A DNA stretch of 63,118 nt from Gonapodya sp. JEL0774 (taxonomy: Eukaryota). The notes beneath the pieces are model-generated. The model ran no database searches. It had not been told where the DNA came from and saw nothing but the letters and a program-made list of their open reading frames with translations. The translations under genes and the position numbers were made by a program. This document shows, piece after piece, positions 35,089 through 49,300 of the stretch; within the stretch, counting starts at the first letter, position 1; every line of letters begins with the position of its first letter. The DNA is taken from assembly GCA_027604505.1 (NCBI GenBank), contig JADIIX010000134.1, positions 1 through 63,118 on the forward strand, in the 5' to 3' direction.

Positions 35089-37672
35089 TCAGTCTTTGAG
35101 CGCGTTCACGGATTCACGAGCAGAAGTCTTGTTCATTAGTTGCTTGTTTTCTGTCAACAGATACGCGCAGGAGTGTTGAAAACCGCAATGATCCAGCTCA
35201 AATCGATGACGTACGTTTGAGAGCATTGGCAAACACTTGCAACATCTTGACAAAGTTATCTTGCGTACGATGGATTTCATCCACTATCGAGCGATTATTC
35301 TTGAAATTACCCTCGCGGATGTCAGAGAAATCGAACTTCGTAGCCTTCTTCATCGCGTTGAGGATCCTATGGAATCGGATTCAGTGTGCAAAAGGAGTGG
35401 GGAAAAGGGTCATATCGCATCAAGCTCACATCTGAAGTGGGGTCGTGATGAAGATCCATGTGAAGATGACCGAAGCAATACTCATTCCTATCACGATGGC
35501 AACCGCTGGCAATTTGTGCAATGAGTTGTTCTGTCACCTGAATGTCGCACGAAAGTCACATCCGTACCCGTGAAGATGACGATAAGGGCCGATCTCAATC
35601 CATCTTCTTTGAGCCTTTGCGTGAGATATATGGTGTCCCCAAGAAAGTCATACGTGGGACTAGGAGATTGAGAGAAAGGGCACTGCAAGGTAGTGACTTC
35701 CGAAACTCTCAAACAACCAGCTACCACTCACGCTCCCGATACAATGAAGTAGCGATACCCCAAAATAGATTTCGTTGTGACTTGAAACATGTAATCATTG
35801 ACCATCCAGCTGTTGTCCGCGAATGAATTTGTTAGATTGTTCCCAGAATATTGGTAGATTGTTGCGGCAGACATGTTGAGCAAGGGATACTCTTCTTTTG
35901 AGAAGTCGAATATGCTTTTACTGCCACCATTTAGGACTAAGCTCTACGATGTTTTAGAAACACGTGTAAACGCATTGTTAACAACCCATGAAGCAACTTC
36001 CTGAGGGAAGCGCCGAAACGTACTTTTGATTGCATGGTAGAGTTTCCCAGGCCAGAAATTGCAAGAACAAAGCCATTCTTGGCAGGGACGAACACGTAAA
36101 GTAGTGAGTTCGGAGTCAAAGTTTTCTTAACGTTGTCCAGGAGGGTACAGAGATTTTGAAGCGTTACGCTCCAGAGACTTGACGCGACAAATTTGCCCGT
36201 AGAGTCGTAGACGCTCATAACCATTCCTTGAATAATGGTCGGTCCGATGGTAACAATGGGCTCCGTCATAATCGCTGATCCTTTTGGATAAGAGAGCGCG
36301 GATTCCGGATATGGTGGACTGGAGTAGCTGAAAACAGATCCGGTAATATTGAGTGTAATGGAATCCCATTTGAAGACAGTAAGCAAGCCGCTTGTGTTCG
36401 TAACGGGGCAAAACTTTTGGCAAGTTTGGTTCGTGTATGATCTGGAAGAATGAAGGAAGAAGCAAACGGGATGATGAGCTATTTGTGTTTGCCTGAGTTG
36501 TTGCGAGTTGTGCATGCTGACAAAACAATGAGCTACATAGAACTCGACAAGTGACAAAGCCAGATATAGTGTCTCCATTACATGTAAGGACAAGCTCTCA
36601 GCCTCTCGCTAAACTGGAGTTGCGATTCCAAGCTCTCCATTCAGAAGCAACCCCACAAATAACTCACGTGATAAATGCCGTGCCACTGCCGGTTCCACCT
36701 GCAATCTGGTCCGTCACCAAGGCAAAAAACGAGCCTGAAACTTTAGTCGGGTCGCAAATCCAACCAGCGAAGCTGATCGTCTCTGGGAGAGGGATTTGAG
36801 TGAGAGTTGCATGCTAAACAGCACTGGGAGTATGGGAACAGAAATGGGTCCGTAACCCACTCCAGAGTCCATAGTTTCCAACCGTTTTGTTTACATATGG
36901 GATCAGCGTGCTGGAGAGTGGTGAATGAGTACAAGTAGCTTTAGCAAAGGTTTGCAACAACTTAAGCAAAATTGTCCACGTACTCCCAATCACAAGAAGT
37001 CATAAGTCCTCCTTCCACCGACTGAACAATGGTTTTCTGAGCCACAAATATCTCATGCAAATAAGACTCTGTGGTATGTGCCGTGCATGTTTTGAAATGG
37101 CTCAAATGATGTCACATTCTCGTCACACCTTCACTGAAAGAGCTTACCCAATGCGGTCGCAATTTTCTCGCCTGCATCAGTGAGACGACTTCTCCCTAGT
37201 GAGCTGATGCTTGTGGAAGCTGATATTTGATGCAGGGAAGGGTCCAGTCTTTAGTGAATGAGCGGAACAAGATACCGACGAGTCATCCAAAAATGCGTAC
37301 CTTGATCGGAAGCTCGCATGATGGACTTGTTATTGGTGTCTACGCCGAGCCAGACTGTGACCAGCGCGACGGAGGTGACACTTGACAAAAGAGGCTTTGT
37401 TGAGGAGGCAAGGTTACACAGCATGGCATCAAGGCCAGAGCTTACTTGAGGAACACAAGTAGCACTATCAATGTCGATAGTTTAAGGGACCTTCCTCTTG
37501 AGGTCTCTCCTGCTATTGATGCTGACCCCTCGTTGATGGTGGAAGGTGTCCGAGATGCCGTCCCGTTCGCGCCGGCACTGTTGGTACCCGGGGCGGAAGT
37601 AATAACCTGCAAGGAACTCTCAGCATTGAGTTTGGATTTTGTGGACTGATCAAAGTTAGGGTTGGATGACAT
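35089..37672 (-). CDS. TM - extracellular dCache-like domain - TM - HAMP protein lacking a catalytic output domain
   Basis: TM1 STLIVLLVFL..VTSVALVTVWLGV. dCache-like TEPIVTIG..VYDSTGKFVASSLWSVTLQNLCTLL..TPNSLLYVFV..GFVLAIS and YFIVSGA-PTYDFLG. TM2 SALIVIFTAVAIVIGMSIASVIFTWIFI. HAMP TTPLQMILNAMKKATKFDFS..RSIVDEIHRTQDNFVKM, then a short tail to TGA at 35089. Confidence 0.75.
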
Positions 37673-39963
37673 TGGATGACAGAATTGATGAGTTCAAACT
37701 GATGAAGGAAGGACAGTTGGTTCCTTGATGAGGTTGCGAATAATCAAAGAAACGGTGGCTGCCTGGCTCCTAATTATTACACAAACGCCTGAATTAAATG
37801 CTTGACGAGAATTATTGGCTCCCAGTCCCAGTCAAATGACCTGTGTGTCTCTCTTTCATTCGGAATTATGTAACTGGATATTTGATTGGGACTTTGGCTT
37901 CCACTGGCGTCAGGAAAGACTTGAGCGGAGCCGCTCATCTCATCAAGGAACCATAGATTTTAGATGATTGACAGCGTCGCAAGATGAATGTCGAAATGTT
38001 TAATACTACTGCAAGATATTTCGGACTTGTTCAGGACGCGGAACGGCTAAATCAATTATGGCAGACGGACTTTACACAGCATTGAGCATTGATCCAAGAA
38101 ACAGGTCTAGGCCCATGGTATTCCACCCCTGAGAGCCTTGTATTGCGCTCTTAAGACTGAAGCTTCAGTTATCAGCGAAAACCCTTTGCATTTGAGTTTC
38201 AGAGTTTCAGAGTCCGGTCGGAAAGTCTGCGAAAGAATACTGGACGCATTCTCGTATCGTGAGTGATGGTTTGTATTCAGCGATTGTGTAGCAAACTTGG
38301 AAATTTAAAATTTTGTATACGCCAACATCTTGGACGTATGTAGGTTTGGTGCCTAATCAAACGTGTATTGTTATTGGAACTGCGACTTGCATCACATGAT
38401 CAGATCATGGACATGAAAGACGTGCTCCATGGGTCATCGACATCAAAATGCAGGCCGATATGTTTCATTGCAAATCTCAGGCCGTTCAATCTAAATTTGC
38501 AAATCTTGTGTGATGAGGAATGCCATTTTGTGGGAGCCATTTTTTATCGTCCAATATCATCGCCAGTGTGTTTGGTCACTTTTCATCCCCAAACCCATGA
38601 GCCCGATCCCATGCATAGGCCAGCGATGGCATAGTAGTGGCGCCAAATCTGATATGTGGGCAATTGAGGAAGGTACAGGCGTTGAGATATGGAGTACCGA
38701 GGTGTCTCCTACAAAGGACATCATCCCTGTCAAGAAGTCCGCGAATGCTAGCATTACCTCTGCGATTTTGTGAGTGATAACAAGGCAGACGTGGAGGTTT
38801 GGGAAGAGACATCAACGACGCCGCTACACCCGAGGAATTTGGCTGAGACTGTCTCCAAAAGAAAGAAAAACAGCTGCTCAAGACAAGCTTGAAATTCTGA
38901 ATATGAGTTAGCCTGACCGCACTTTGAGAGTCGACTCCGTCCGGTAGCAGCGGATCAAACGTGTAATTTCCAGTTTGATGGACATCAAACATGACCACTA
39001 GTCCCTAAAGACTTGGATAGATAGTGGTTGCGAGGAACAAGCGGGCATCGGATGTTGGGGGACTGCACAGAAATTCGGCGTCGTCCGTTAACAATGGCCC
39101 GAATCGGCCGTTTCTGTTGGTTCCTCTGAAACACTGACAATGGATGGAAAAATTCTACAACGGCTTCCGCCGGCATCATCAGCTCAGGCTCCATTTCCGG
39201 TCCCGTGACAGTCAACCGGCCAAGGTGAAGGTGGGTCAAGAGGAGGCACAATCATGTGCTCACGCACACAGTTGGCAGATGCTCGGAAGTACTGCGGTTC
39301 CAAGTTTGCACATCCGCAGTGAAGCAGTTGATATCGCCTTTCTGGACGATGGTCTCCTTGCAAGCGTCTGGCGCAAGTGGGCCCTCAAGCCCGCGCAAAA
39401 CAAACTTCTGAAGCCAGGCTCAAACTCGTTGCAATCGTCCCATTATGTAAGCCTTCGCACCATCTCAGGCTCACTACATCGGAGACCTGACATTCCATGT
39501 CGGGAAAAGTAAAGAGATAGCATGGAGCGTCTCGGGAGAAATCAAAGAGAGAGGATGGAGATAGGATTAAGTTACCGTGAAACACGGACGGTGCCAGATG
39601 AGTCACAGGGCTAACGCTCAAAGCCAACCTATCGCAAACAAGTGGCATGAAGGAATGGACGGAGTGTTCCCCAAGACGGGCTCTGCCGGCCGCCGAGACG
39701 ACAATGCAAAATGGAATGAATAGATCAGAAATTCCGAAGAATGTGTCACTTCTTTTTGTGCTCTTAAAGCGAAGTTTGCTTAGCTGCGGATTGTCGTCAT
39801 ACAATATATGCACGAGCTCACAACACCCAGTGTTCACGAAGTCACCTACACCGAATCGACTCACGCGCATCAAGTGCGGTAGGGGCACGCTGCCTTCCCA
39901 CCCCCTGGGTGGCAATTTCCAATCCAACTTTGGCCTCCGCAAGCTCAGGTAGCGTCGTGCAGA

Positions 39964-42900
39964 ATGGATTCGGCAGAGAATCTGGGAGGACGTGGATCTC
40001 GAAGTCACCAGGGGAGCCGGGCTGGGCCTCCGAGGTCCTTCGGTGCCGCGATGCGTGAACACCTTGGAATAGCTGGAAGTGGGACTGGTGGGGTTGGTGG
40101 GGTTGGTGGTACGAGAAATGGATGGGTGGGAGTGTCCGGATTCACCCGGGGAAGCGGTAGTCAACCAACTTCAGGTGAATTCCATCCGCCTTTGTTCTAC
40201 GTTTTTGCTTGCATTCATTGTGAACATGTAATTTTACTGTCCTTTTGCCCCCTACAACATCGGGACACCGTTCTTCTGTGTCACGCATGATATGAACCTT
40301 AAATTTCCGAGCTCCGCCCTACAACCAACCACATGAGCCACCGCAATCCTCTACGGCCTCTTGGCGGTCTTCACACTCTCGCTCCCTTTCCGAGGTTGAT
40401 TCAGAAGAGCCCTTTGACTTTCCCACACCCACACCGCGACATCGAGCCCTGCCTTGGGGTGTAGACTCGGAGTCGCCGGACTCACAGGTGACGCCGACTG
40501 CAACTCACTCCCAAGGATTAATGAACGCCACATCATCGGACATAGACACACCTGTCAGTAGCGCACCCAGTAGTTCGCGGATGACTCACTGGCAGCAGCT
40601 TGTCTCCCCTCACAATGCGGACAACTACGCTGCTTCAACCGACGCAACACCCGTGTCGCGGACTCTCACACCGCACTCAGCCGTCTTTGGTGAGCCGATG
40701 GATCAAGCGGAAACTTGGAGTCGGAACTGGGACCGGGGTTGGGGTCGAGGGGGGCCAGTTGCACAAATCCCACCAAACCCACCAAATCCTTCGTCTTTGG
40801 CCACTTATGCCTTTCCTCCCACCACAAGTTCTAACCCTGCGCCTCGCTCTCTGTCCCCATCTGATCCTCGAACATCCTTGGACTCCTCGAGGTCGGCTGA
40901 GGCCAAGTCCGTGGTGACTCGGTCTGACGCTGACGAAGACGATTTTCAAGACATGCTCGAAGTCGAGCAAGACCATAGGGCACGAGAAAGAAGTTACGAG
41001 GAGTATGCTGAGGAAGGGTATCGAGAAGAGGTGCGTGAAGACCAGGCTCTGGTGTACTGCTAGTCAGTCCACTGAAGGGTTGCTATACCCTGTTGCGATG
41101 GAGCGACTCGACGCAGATGTTTCAATTGCTGTTCGCAGCACGGAAAACCAGTAACTCCACCTCAGGTGTCATCCTTTTCAACTGAAATGGGTTACTGCAG
41201 CGGACATTTGGCTGGAGCCTACTTCTTCCGTCGGTCCCTAGTTCAATACCACCGAACGTAACTACGCCTCATTTTATTACAAGGCACTCCATAACACCTC
41301 CAACTCTCCACCGGACTCCCCCCCGGCGCCGACTCTTGCAATTTCCATCCCTTCCTCATTCACGGGCTCCGACCCCTCCACAACCTCGCAAGCTTTCAGC
41401 TCTTTACCACCTGCCCCACCCATTCTGAACGCCAACCGACTCCGTTCAGACCCCATAAGTCCCGCCCGTATTGCTGTCGTGGCGCATCAGCAGCGTGCAT
41501 ATGCACCACCGCAACAGAGTGCCATAGTACAAGGTGATCAGCGTCAACAGCAGTCTAGTCTCACGTCCACAGTCCGTGCGACAGCGCCGGTGTTTGCGAC
41601 CACCTCCCGCGCAAATGCAAGCGCACCCGGTGTAGGAGGTGCAGGGTCAGCAGCGTCCGGTGCTCCCTCTCTTCGCGCCCTGCTTGCCACAGTTTCAGAT
41701 GCGGACGTCCGCGCTGCTGCCCAGGTTGCAGCATCGTGGCATTTGAGCGGAGGAAAGGGGGAGGCGGTTGTACCGGTAGGCAGCATTGGTGCTGGAAGTG
41801 CGACTGTAGGATCCGGCGAGACTGGCGTGCAGGGTGCACCTGCATCGCACCTGGGATTGAGACGACCAAATCCGGCATTGGGGCAAGCTGGGGCTGCAGC
41901 AAGTGCTGGACTCCGTAGTGACGTTTCGTCTTCACATAGTGCGATGGTTTCAGCCCCAGGCGGTTCTCGTTCATCCAGCTCGCTCGTTTCCGCGGCGAGC
42001 TCAGGAACAGGGTCCGGTTCCGGTTTCGAATCTACACATGTCGGTGGCGGGGTTCCGATTCACGAATCGCCCGCATTATCTCCTCAGTCCTCGCTTCGCG
42101 CCTCGTCCATTACAACATCAGAAAAATCTGCTTCGAGCCGACCGCCCTCGGTTCGACTTTCTTCACCACAATCGGCCAACTCTTCACCATCTAAGACATC
42201 TCCAAAGACTGCATCCGTTTCCGCTTCTTCTGCAGAAACCCCAACAACCCGACCTGCTTCATCAATGACTGGTACTTTTTATCGCACCCCCACGTCTTCA
42301 TCCTCACAAGGTAATGATTCTGAGTCAGTTGATGCAACACAACCTCAGGCGCGCATGGACCCAACCACCGCATTCGAGAACCTCCTCGCTCACATGCCAC
42401 CTCCCTCGTCCGATACTCTCCTTCGTTCCGCAAGAGCTAAAGCTCTTCTGGCCAGGCGGTATGAGTTGGTGGCGGTGATGACCACGCCAGGACCTGGGAA
42501 CACACCTCCGTTGGGTTACAATCCCCTAAAAGTTGCCAGATGGAGACAGCAACAGGGAAGGGTCGGAAAAGGTGGCTGGTTGGTGGGCGTTGATGATGTA
42601 AGAGAATGGTGGGAGGAGGTGGGGAGTAGGCCGACAGGGGCCGTTGTTGGAGGAATCGAGTTCAACGATGTGATTGTGGGTGAAGCTGGTGGTAATGAGG
42701 AGTCGCTGGGACATTCAGGACGGACACGCAGGGAAGATATTGCGGGGACGGCAAGCCTTGCAGCCGGAACTGTAACAGCTGGAGGAGTTGGGGTGGGCTT
42801 GCCCAGTTCGTCTACTCCTTCCTCACCAGCATCACCACAAGCGGCCACCGAAGTTCATGCGCCGCTAGATCAGTTTGGTGCACTGCCCCAGTCCGTGGTC

Positions 42901-45900
42901 GGATATTCTGCAGGGATAGCAGGGATAGGGCGTTTTGTGGAAGGGGACGCGTCGGGAGAACCCGAGAGCGTCCCACCTGCACAATCTCTTTTCTTCCAAA
43001 AATTTCTTTCGGGTACCCTGCCGGGGCAAGGACTCGCAACACACCCTCTTCCTCCCGCCCAGCCGGTTCCCATGGGCCTAAAGCCATCGACGACCAGTGT
43101 TGCAAGTTCGGCGGATGCCGCCAACCAAATCGCTGCAGCTGGAGCAACCAAGTCTGAGTTACGAAACGCGGGTACAGATATACCGGTGGCTTCATCATCG
43201 GCTGCTGCTCCAATGACCGCCTCTGTAACGGATTTGCGACCCCTTGGGTCCAGTGGCCGGCCATCCACGGACGATCCCAGGAGCCGAAAGCGGTCAGTAT
43301 CGAGCGACAGCGCTACCGGGCGTACAGTAGATCGTCGCTCGAGGGCTTTTGCGTCCCCTACCATGTCCGATGGAAGCAAGATGAAGCGTACAGACAGTGG
43401 CAACAACATGATCGCCGATATGGAGTTGCCTCCTGGTCCAACACCCGCCTCGAGCTCTAGGGGGAGTATTGATATGTTGGGCGGGATGTGGCCGCGGGGG
43501 AGGACCAGCCCCACGACCACTTCGTCTGGCGGTGAAATGCCGCAACAACCTGGGTTCTTCGGAGGTTTGTTTGGGCGACGAAGGACGAGGAGGGACGGAG
43601 CAGGGTCGGACGGAGGCTCGGCATTAGCAATTGCGACAATCGCGGCAGAACAGGATCCTGAGGTTGTAGTGGATGGGGTGTCGGTCACTTTCGAGAGAGA
43701 TCGATCACCGGGAAGAGATGATTCAGGGCGAAAGTCCACAGTGGATAGACTGGTGTCGCCGATTGATTCTAAAGTTGTAGCGGCTCCAACAAGGAGGTCT
43801 GCTTCAGTATCTGGAACAGGCGCCTGGCGGTTGGCAGATATGGCCGGTGTAGTGGAATGGGGGGCCAATTATGGGAAGGCTAAGGACAAGGAAGCCATCG
43901 GTCGACCACCATCGACTCCGATAAAGATCGCTGATCGCCCGAGCGTGGGTAGTGCACCTAGGAGTCCAAGTAATGGTTTGATGGGGAAGCCCACAATTGG
44001 CGGTTCACCTCTATCGGTCGGGCAGACGACCATGGCATCCTCTGGCAGCGTCAGTACAAGCTCGTCCACTAGCCCTTCAACTTCACTGAGTGGTATTAGT
44101 GAGCGGAAGAAAGGTGTGTTAGTTCCGCATTTTGCTTCGCTATTCCGCTAAACATGTGATATCTCCCTGGTCGTGGTCAGACCACGATACTGAACCAGCG
44201 CAGGTGTTTGCTGCTTCTGCGCAGCAAGACTCTAGCTTGGCTATCTCTCCTGGTGGCAAGAATTTTCTTACTCATCGCTCATCATCTGATACAGCCGTTA
44301 GCGAATCGAAGGCCTCTGATGAATCTCGAGGACCTCAGAAACATTATCTCTCGGCGATTCCACCCAATCTATCTGAGCCCGAACTTGTCCCAAATCGTTC
44401 TGTGCAGGAAGGGAAACCCAGGTTGGACGAGGACGAGGGGGACAGAAAGCGTGGAAGGAAGGAAAAGCGCCGCGAAGGTCGTGGGGTTGGTCTCATGGTT
44501 CCTCGAAAGACACCATGGAACGCAGCAAGAAGGCGAGATAAGGTTGGTGATGGAGAGTCAAGGGATCGGTCAAGCTCCCGAGATAGTAACCCGGGTTCGG
44601 CGTTTTCCAAGACCAAAGGGAAGGTTGTCGTGAGTTGAATAAAACACTTTAATATACGTGGAATGTCTTTGCTCCGACTAAGTCTCTCCATGATGACGCT
44701 AATTAACAGCAAAGCTTGCAGAAGGCTCGGAATGCCTTTCGGCCCAATCGGAACATTGCTCCAAATTTCCCCTTAACTTCCGGGATGGAACCGTCTGATG
44801 AATTGCAAGCCACCCCCAATTGTCAGGATTCTATGGAAGACACGCAATCTGTGGGCTCTGCGAACTCCAGCTCGCTTAAGCGCGTTGGTGGACATATGTC
44901 TTTGGCCCATATCGCTGGACGGAAGTTGTTTACATCGGAACTCCAGGAGTTCCTGCGTGACGTGCATTCAACCTGTAAGTTGCGGTGTTTGACTGGTTTG
45001 GTTTTAATTGTGGGATCATATATTAACTGTCTTGTTGCCGTTGTTAGATGCAACCGCCACCCCGACTCTTTTGGACTCTTCTGTGGTTCTAACACCTCAC
45101 GCACGCAAAAATGGGGACTACGTTCGTCTTCGAAATGCTTTGGTACAGCTTTCGACTGACATTCCGGAGTTTCTTTCCCGCTTGCGGGTCCTAGAAGCGA
45201 AACTTTTGGTGGGTGACGCGACTAGCAAATGTCACCGCAGTCTCACAACTCATAAAGCTACTGACATATCTCTTTTGACTCGTTTGAATTTAATCGAAGG
45301 ATCTTCAATCAAAGGACTTAGATCTGTTAACCAAGCATGTATTGTCCGGTGACGCGGAATTTCGCATGGTGCCACCAAGTGTGAGATCTGACTCCGGGAG
45401 TGCAATGAACATTATACCTGGATCCATAGGAGAGTCATTAGCTCTGGATGTTACTAAGGTTATGGAATTCAATCCACGGGCGGATCGAACAGGATCCGGT
45501 TCCACAGATTTAACTGCGCCGAATCAATCTTTCGGTCGTACTGCGGGTCAATCTTTCTGGACACCAGCTACATCTTTACAACGTAATTCAGATCCAACCT
45601 TGGCGTCTACGAAAATACCTACTCGAGAACTGCAAGAAATCTACCTTCTTGTGACTGGGTACCTAGAGAAGCCCGATTCTCTGGAGGAATTGATCACTAA
45701 TGTTGGAATGAGCACACGAGAGATTGGGTGGCGTGCTGAGGAACTTCAACGGCAAAATTCCGTAATCGACAACAATATGTCAGATATGATCAGTCAAGTC
45801 AAGAAGGTCACCCAACTTGTAAATCAAGAATGGCTCGTTAGATTGAAACTTGCGGACGATGAGTTACGGAAAGTCGAGTCATTCCGGGGAACATCATCGT

Positions 45901-46215
45901 CCGACTGGATGTGGGCATTCTTGGGCGTGGTTCTAACATGTACGTGTGCATCCGTGAATTCGCTTTTTCATACACTGATATTTCATACTTCTAGTACTTG
46001 GGAGCATCTGGTACTACGGATATATGGTCTATAAGAGGGTTTCTCTCGTTGCGAAGGCTGGATCACAACAGTTGAAGGCAGTTTGGCATGAGTTCATGAG
46101 CGGTGCAGATGTTCATGACGTGGTTCAATCGACAGCGGACCAATGCACATCCGACGAGCGACAAGATACGCCAAAGACTGTTGATGAGGTGCTTCCAGGC
46201 ACCCTTCAGACTTAA
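39964..46215 (+). CDS. Large Ser/Gly/Pro-rich protein, Mtc4-like (C-terminal coiled coil and TM)
   Basis: RAKALLARRY..GYNPLKVARWR..WLVGVDD resembles the fungal Mtc4 YNPL motif (recalled from memory). C-terminal coiled coil and hydrophobic WMWAFLGVVLT. Multiple GT-AG introns; stop at 46215. Confidence 0.55.
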
Positions 46216-46371
46216 TCTTTGAACATAATTTGTACAATAGCGATGCGCAGTTATTCGTAGATAAAGGTCTTGATTTGTGCCTTTGTCAAAATTTATTGCC
46301 ATAGCGAAGAAATTTTATATTACATTATTGTCATCAATTTATAATCGGGTGCTAGGAGACCTTGGCATGTG

Positions 46372-49300
46372 TCATGCAACAACACTCATGCGGAGGGAAT
46401 CTGGGAGCGCAAACACGACGTACTGTATCGCTCTCCGCATGTTTTTCAACTGTTCTGGGGTTGGATACAAATCGTAGTGTTCCAGCATTCTGTTCCGGTG
46501 TGGAGATGGATTTGCGGGAAGCCTCGGACCTTGTACTGAAGTGCGGGTTCGAATAGAGTCATGGGGGGCGTAAGCTCTGTAATCATCTGTTCCTTGAGAC
46601 GGTGCGACTGAGTTGTCACTGTCCTGTATTTTTTCGTCCCCGTTAAGATCTTCCAGGTATTCCTCTGCTGCATCCTCGCGTTCGGTTGAGGAGACAACCC
46701 CACTTTGCGCGGAACGATTCTTCTTCGATAATGCATTCTTGTGTCCTTCCATCGAGGGCAGTGGCAAAGACGATGCAATGGACTCCGCTACTCCACTCAA
46801 TTCTGCAAAGGCATCGCACTTTAACTCCGCCGCAGCAACTTCGTCCCTTAACCGCAATAGGAGTTCAACAACCTCGACTTCGCCCTTTGAGACAGCCCAT
46901 TCTTGCACCTCTTGCTGCTTTCCCTCGGCCCCCATTGCCGAAAGTGCTGCAAGAGCTCGATATCGCCAACTGCGGTAGACAGAGTCAGAATGCTCGCGCA
47001 ACCAAGCGGCAAAAGTCGGAGTCCGTAAGAACAGACGGTAAAACTCGACCATGGGTCTTCTAGACGGACTGGGAAGAGATGGAGCTGATCCGACGTTACC
47101 AAGGCACAATCACATTAGAACGGCTTTCCACCAAACTCATTGACTGGTCAGGTGACCAACCTCCGGGACCATCGACATGCTTTAAAAAGCTCTCCATCCC
47201 GAAAGGTTTTATGTACGGTCGGTTCCTCAATACTCCAGCAGCCACAGCAACTACATTTGTTGGTTCAACGAGAATGCTATTGCCAAGTGAAGACGGACTA
47301 AAGGCTGCAGTCCGTGCAGTACGACCTTGCACTATGAGAGAAGAAAAATAATCTTCGAGGGGTGCCATAAGGCGTTCTGTAAGATCTACAAAATGGCGAC
47401 GAAGAATATTGTCGAGGATGTGAGCTGTTCGAATGATGCAAACGCGTGTGCGTGGTGTGTTAACGCTTTCAGTGATTACGCCTAGATTGTCAGTATAACG
47501 CACCTGGTTGTCCCATAATGGCAGCCTGTGAAACCCTTTTAAGCACGGCTCTATCTTTAACCAGAAACCCCTTCCATTTGAGAGTGACACCGTGCACTTC
47601 TTCCACCCATGTGTTGTTTTGAGTCTGTCGCTCTGTCAGAGGTAACGTCCGATCCAAGCCATTCTCGAGCGGATACTCCATGTCCTGGCCCGAGCTGTCT
47701 GGTTGATTATTAAAGCCCCAGGATTTTATCTGCGCAAGGAACCCTCCCGCAGAAGATGGAGTCTGGTGATGCCCTGATTTTCCCGTGCTGCCTGAAGGTA
47801 TTTCGGGTTGCTTTCCACTGGAGCTTGTAGGATGTGAGGCAGGGACTCTTGCTACCACAACCACGTTCTCCAGCCATTCTGGTGCCAGTATTTTCTCGAA
47901 GACTGGATTCGTAACTCCCAAAATCCCACCGCGCCAGTGATTTGACACAGGTGCTGAGGTTCGTTGTAAGCCTGTGTTTGCAGGTTGTACAACAGGTGGT
48001 TGGGATTGTCCAAGAACTCTGTCCTGTGCATTTGTCGCCCCTCCAACCCTCCTCCAACTTCGTACCTCACCATCACCAATTGTTACAAAGCCCCGCCACT
48101 CTCCTCCATATGTGACTGGCTTGACAAGCTCAACAAGAGCATCTACAAGCTGAGAGCATGCTCGAGGGGAGTCACCCCGTACCAAAACATTACCGCAAAG
48201 AAAAACCAGTTCGTACAACGGCCAAAGCGAGTCGAGATGATGCCGAAAAAGGCTGTGTAGAGGACACGGAGTAGCTGGAGTTGCGGATGAGGCTGGTAAG
48301 TAGAAGAGTGGCAATGACGGATGACTAGGAGGCGGAAACATAGTGGGGAGAGGATTGGAGAAAATGGTGAGAGGCAAGGTGATGGGAGTGGGAGTAGACG
48401 AGTTTGAAGGCACATTTAATGCCGTTTGCTCTCGCTCAGCTTGGAGGGCTGGGGGTGGAGGCCTGCCACCATCGCAATATCAGAAGCTTTTGATATCTGG
48501 TGGTGAGTACTGCAAAAAACCACCCACCAACTCGATACTTCCAGACACGCTCTTTCGACCAACTCCAAGGCCCGCTTCCAATTCAGTTCCTTCCCCTCCT
48601 CGAAAATGTCCCTCCCTACTGCATTTACGACCCCTTCCCAGAGTCCAGGAACTGCATGTGGTGAGACGACCACCAGCGACTTTTGGAGGTAGCCTCGACG
48701 GATGGAAGCAGCAGGCAGTTGTCGAAAGCTAGCATGACACGTGAGGAACGTTGGTTGCGGATTAGGCGGGTTGACAGATATTTCTGAGTGCGGATAAATC
48801 GCGGAAGGCGAGAATGGATCGGGCTGAGTTTTGGCGAACGCAGAATGAGCAGTGGTCGACTTCAAAGGTTTCAAGGAGGTGGAAAGACCAGGGGGATTGC
48901 TCATGGCAGATGACAAACAGCGAATCCGAAAGTGAAAGTTCGCATCTCCAGTGTGAGACTTCGAGTTGGAGTCGGGAAACGAGGAAAATGCGCTATCAAA
49001 TAACACAGCAATTGGCAAATGGAATTGAGACGAAGATATCACAAGCGCGACACGATCCACTCGACTATTCATTCGGGACCTCAATGTTCAAGAGCAAGGG
49101 GTTTCCTTGACGTTTCAGTTGGAATGGAGCAATGCATGCGTGTGTATCCATACTCCGTCACTACTACTTCCGCTCCTGAAAGTTGGGATTTCGTTCGCTC
49201 TCAACGTTACCCCGTTTCCCCCAATCCGCGACGGTCGAGAACTCACATATCCCTCCATGTTCCTTCGGAGATCCAATTTTTTGTCCAACCTGGGTAGATC

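Noticed and set aside
39385..40164. 259-aa minus-strand ORF
   Set aside because: Overlaps the first exon of the plus-strand gene and has no recognisable motif.
42870..43868. 332-aa minus-strand ORF
   Set aside because: Antisense to the 890-aa plus-strand exon in GC-rich sequence.
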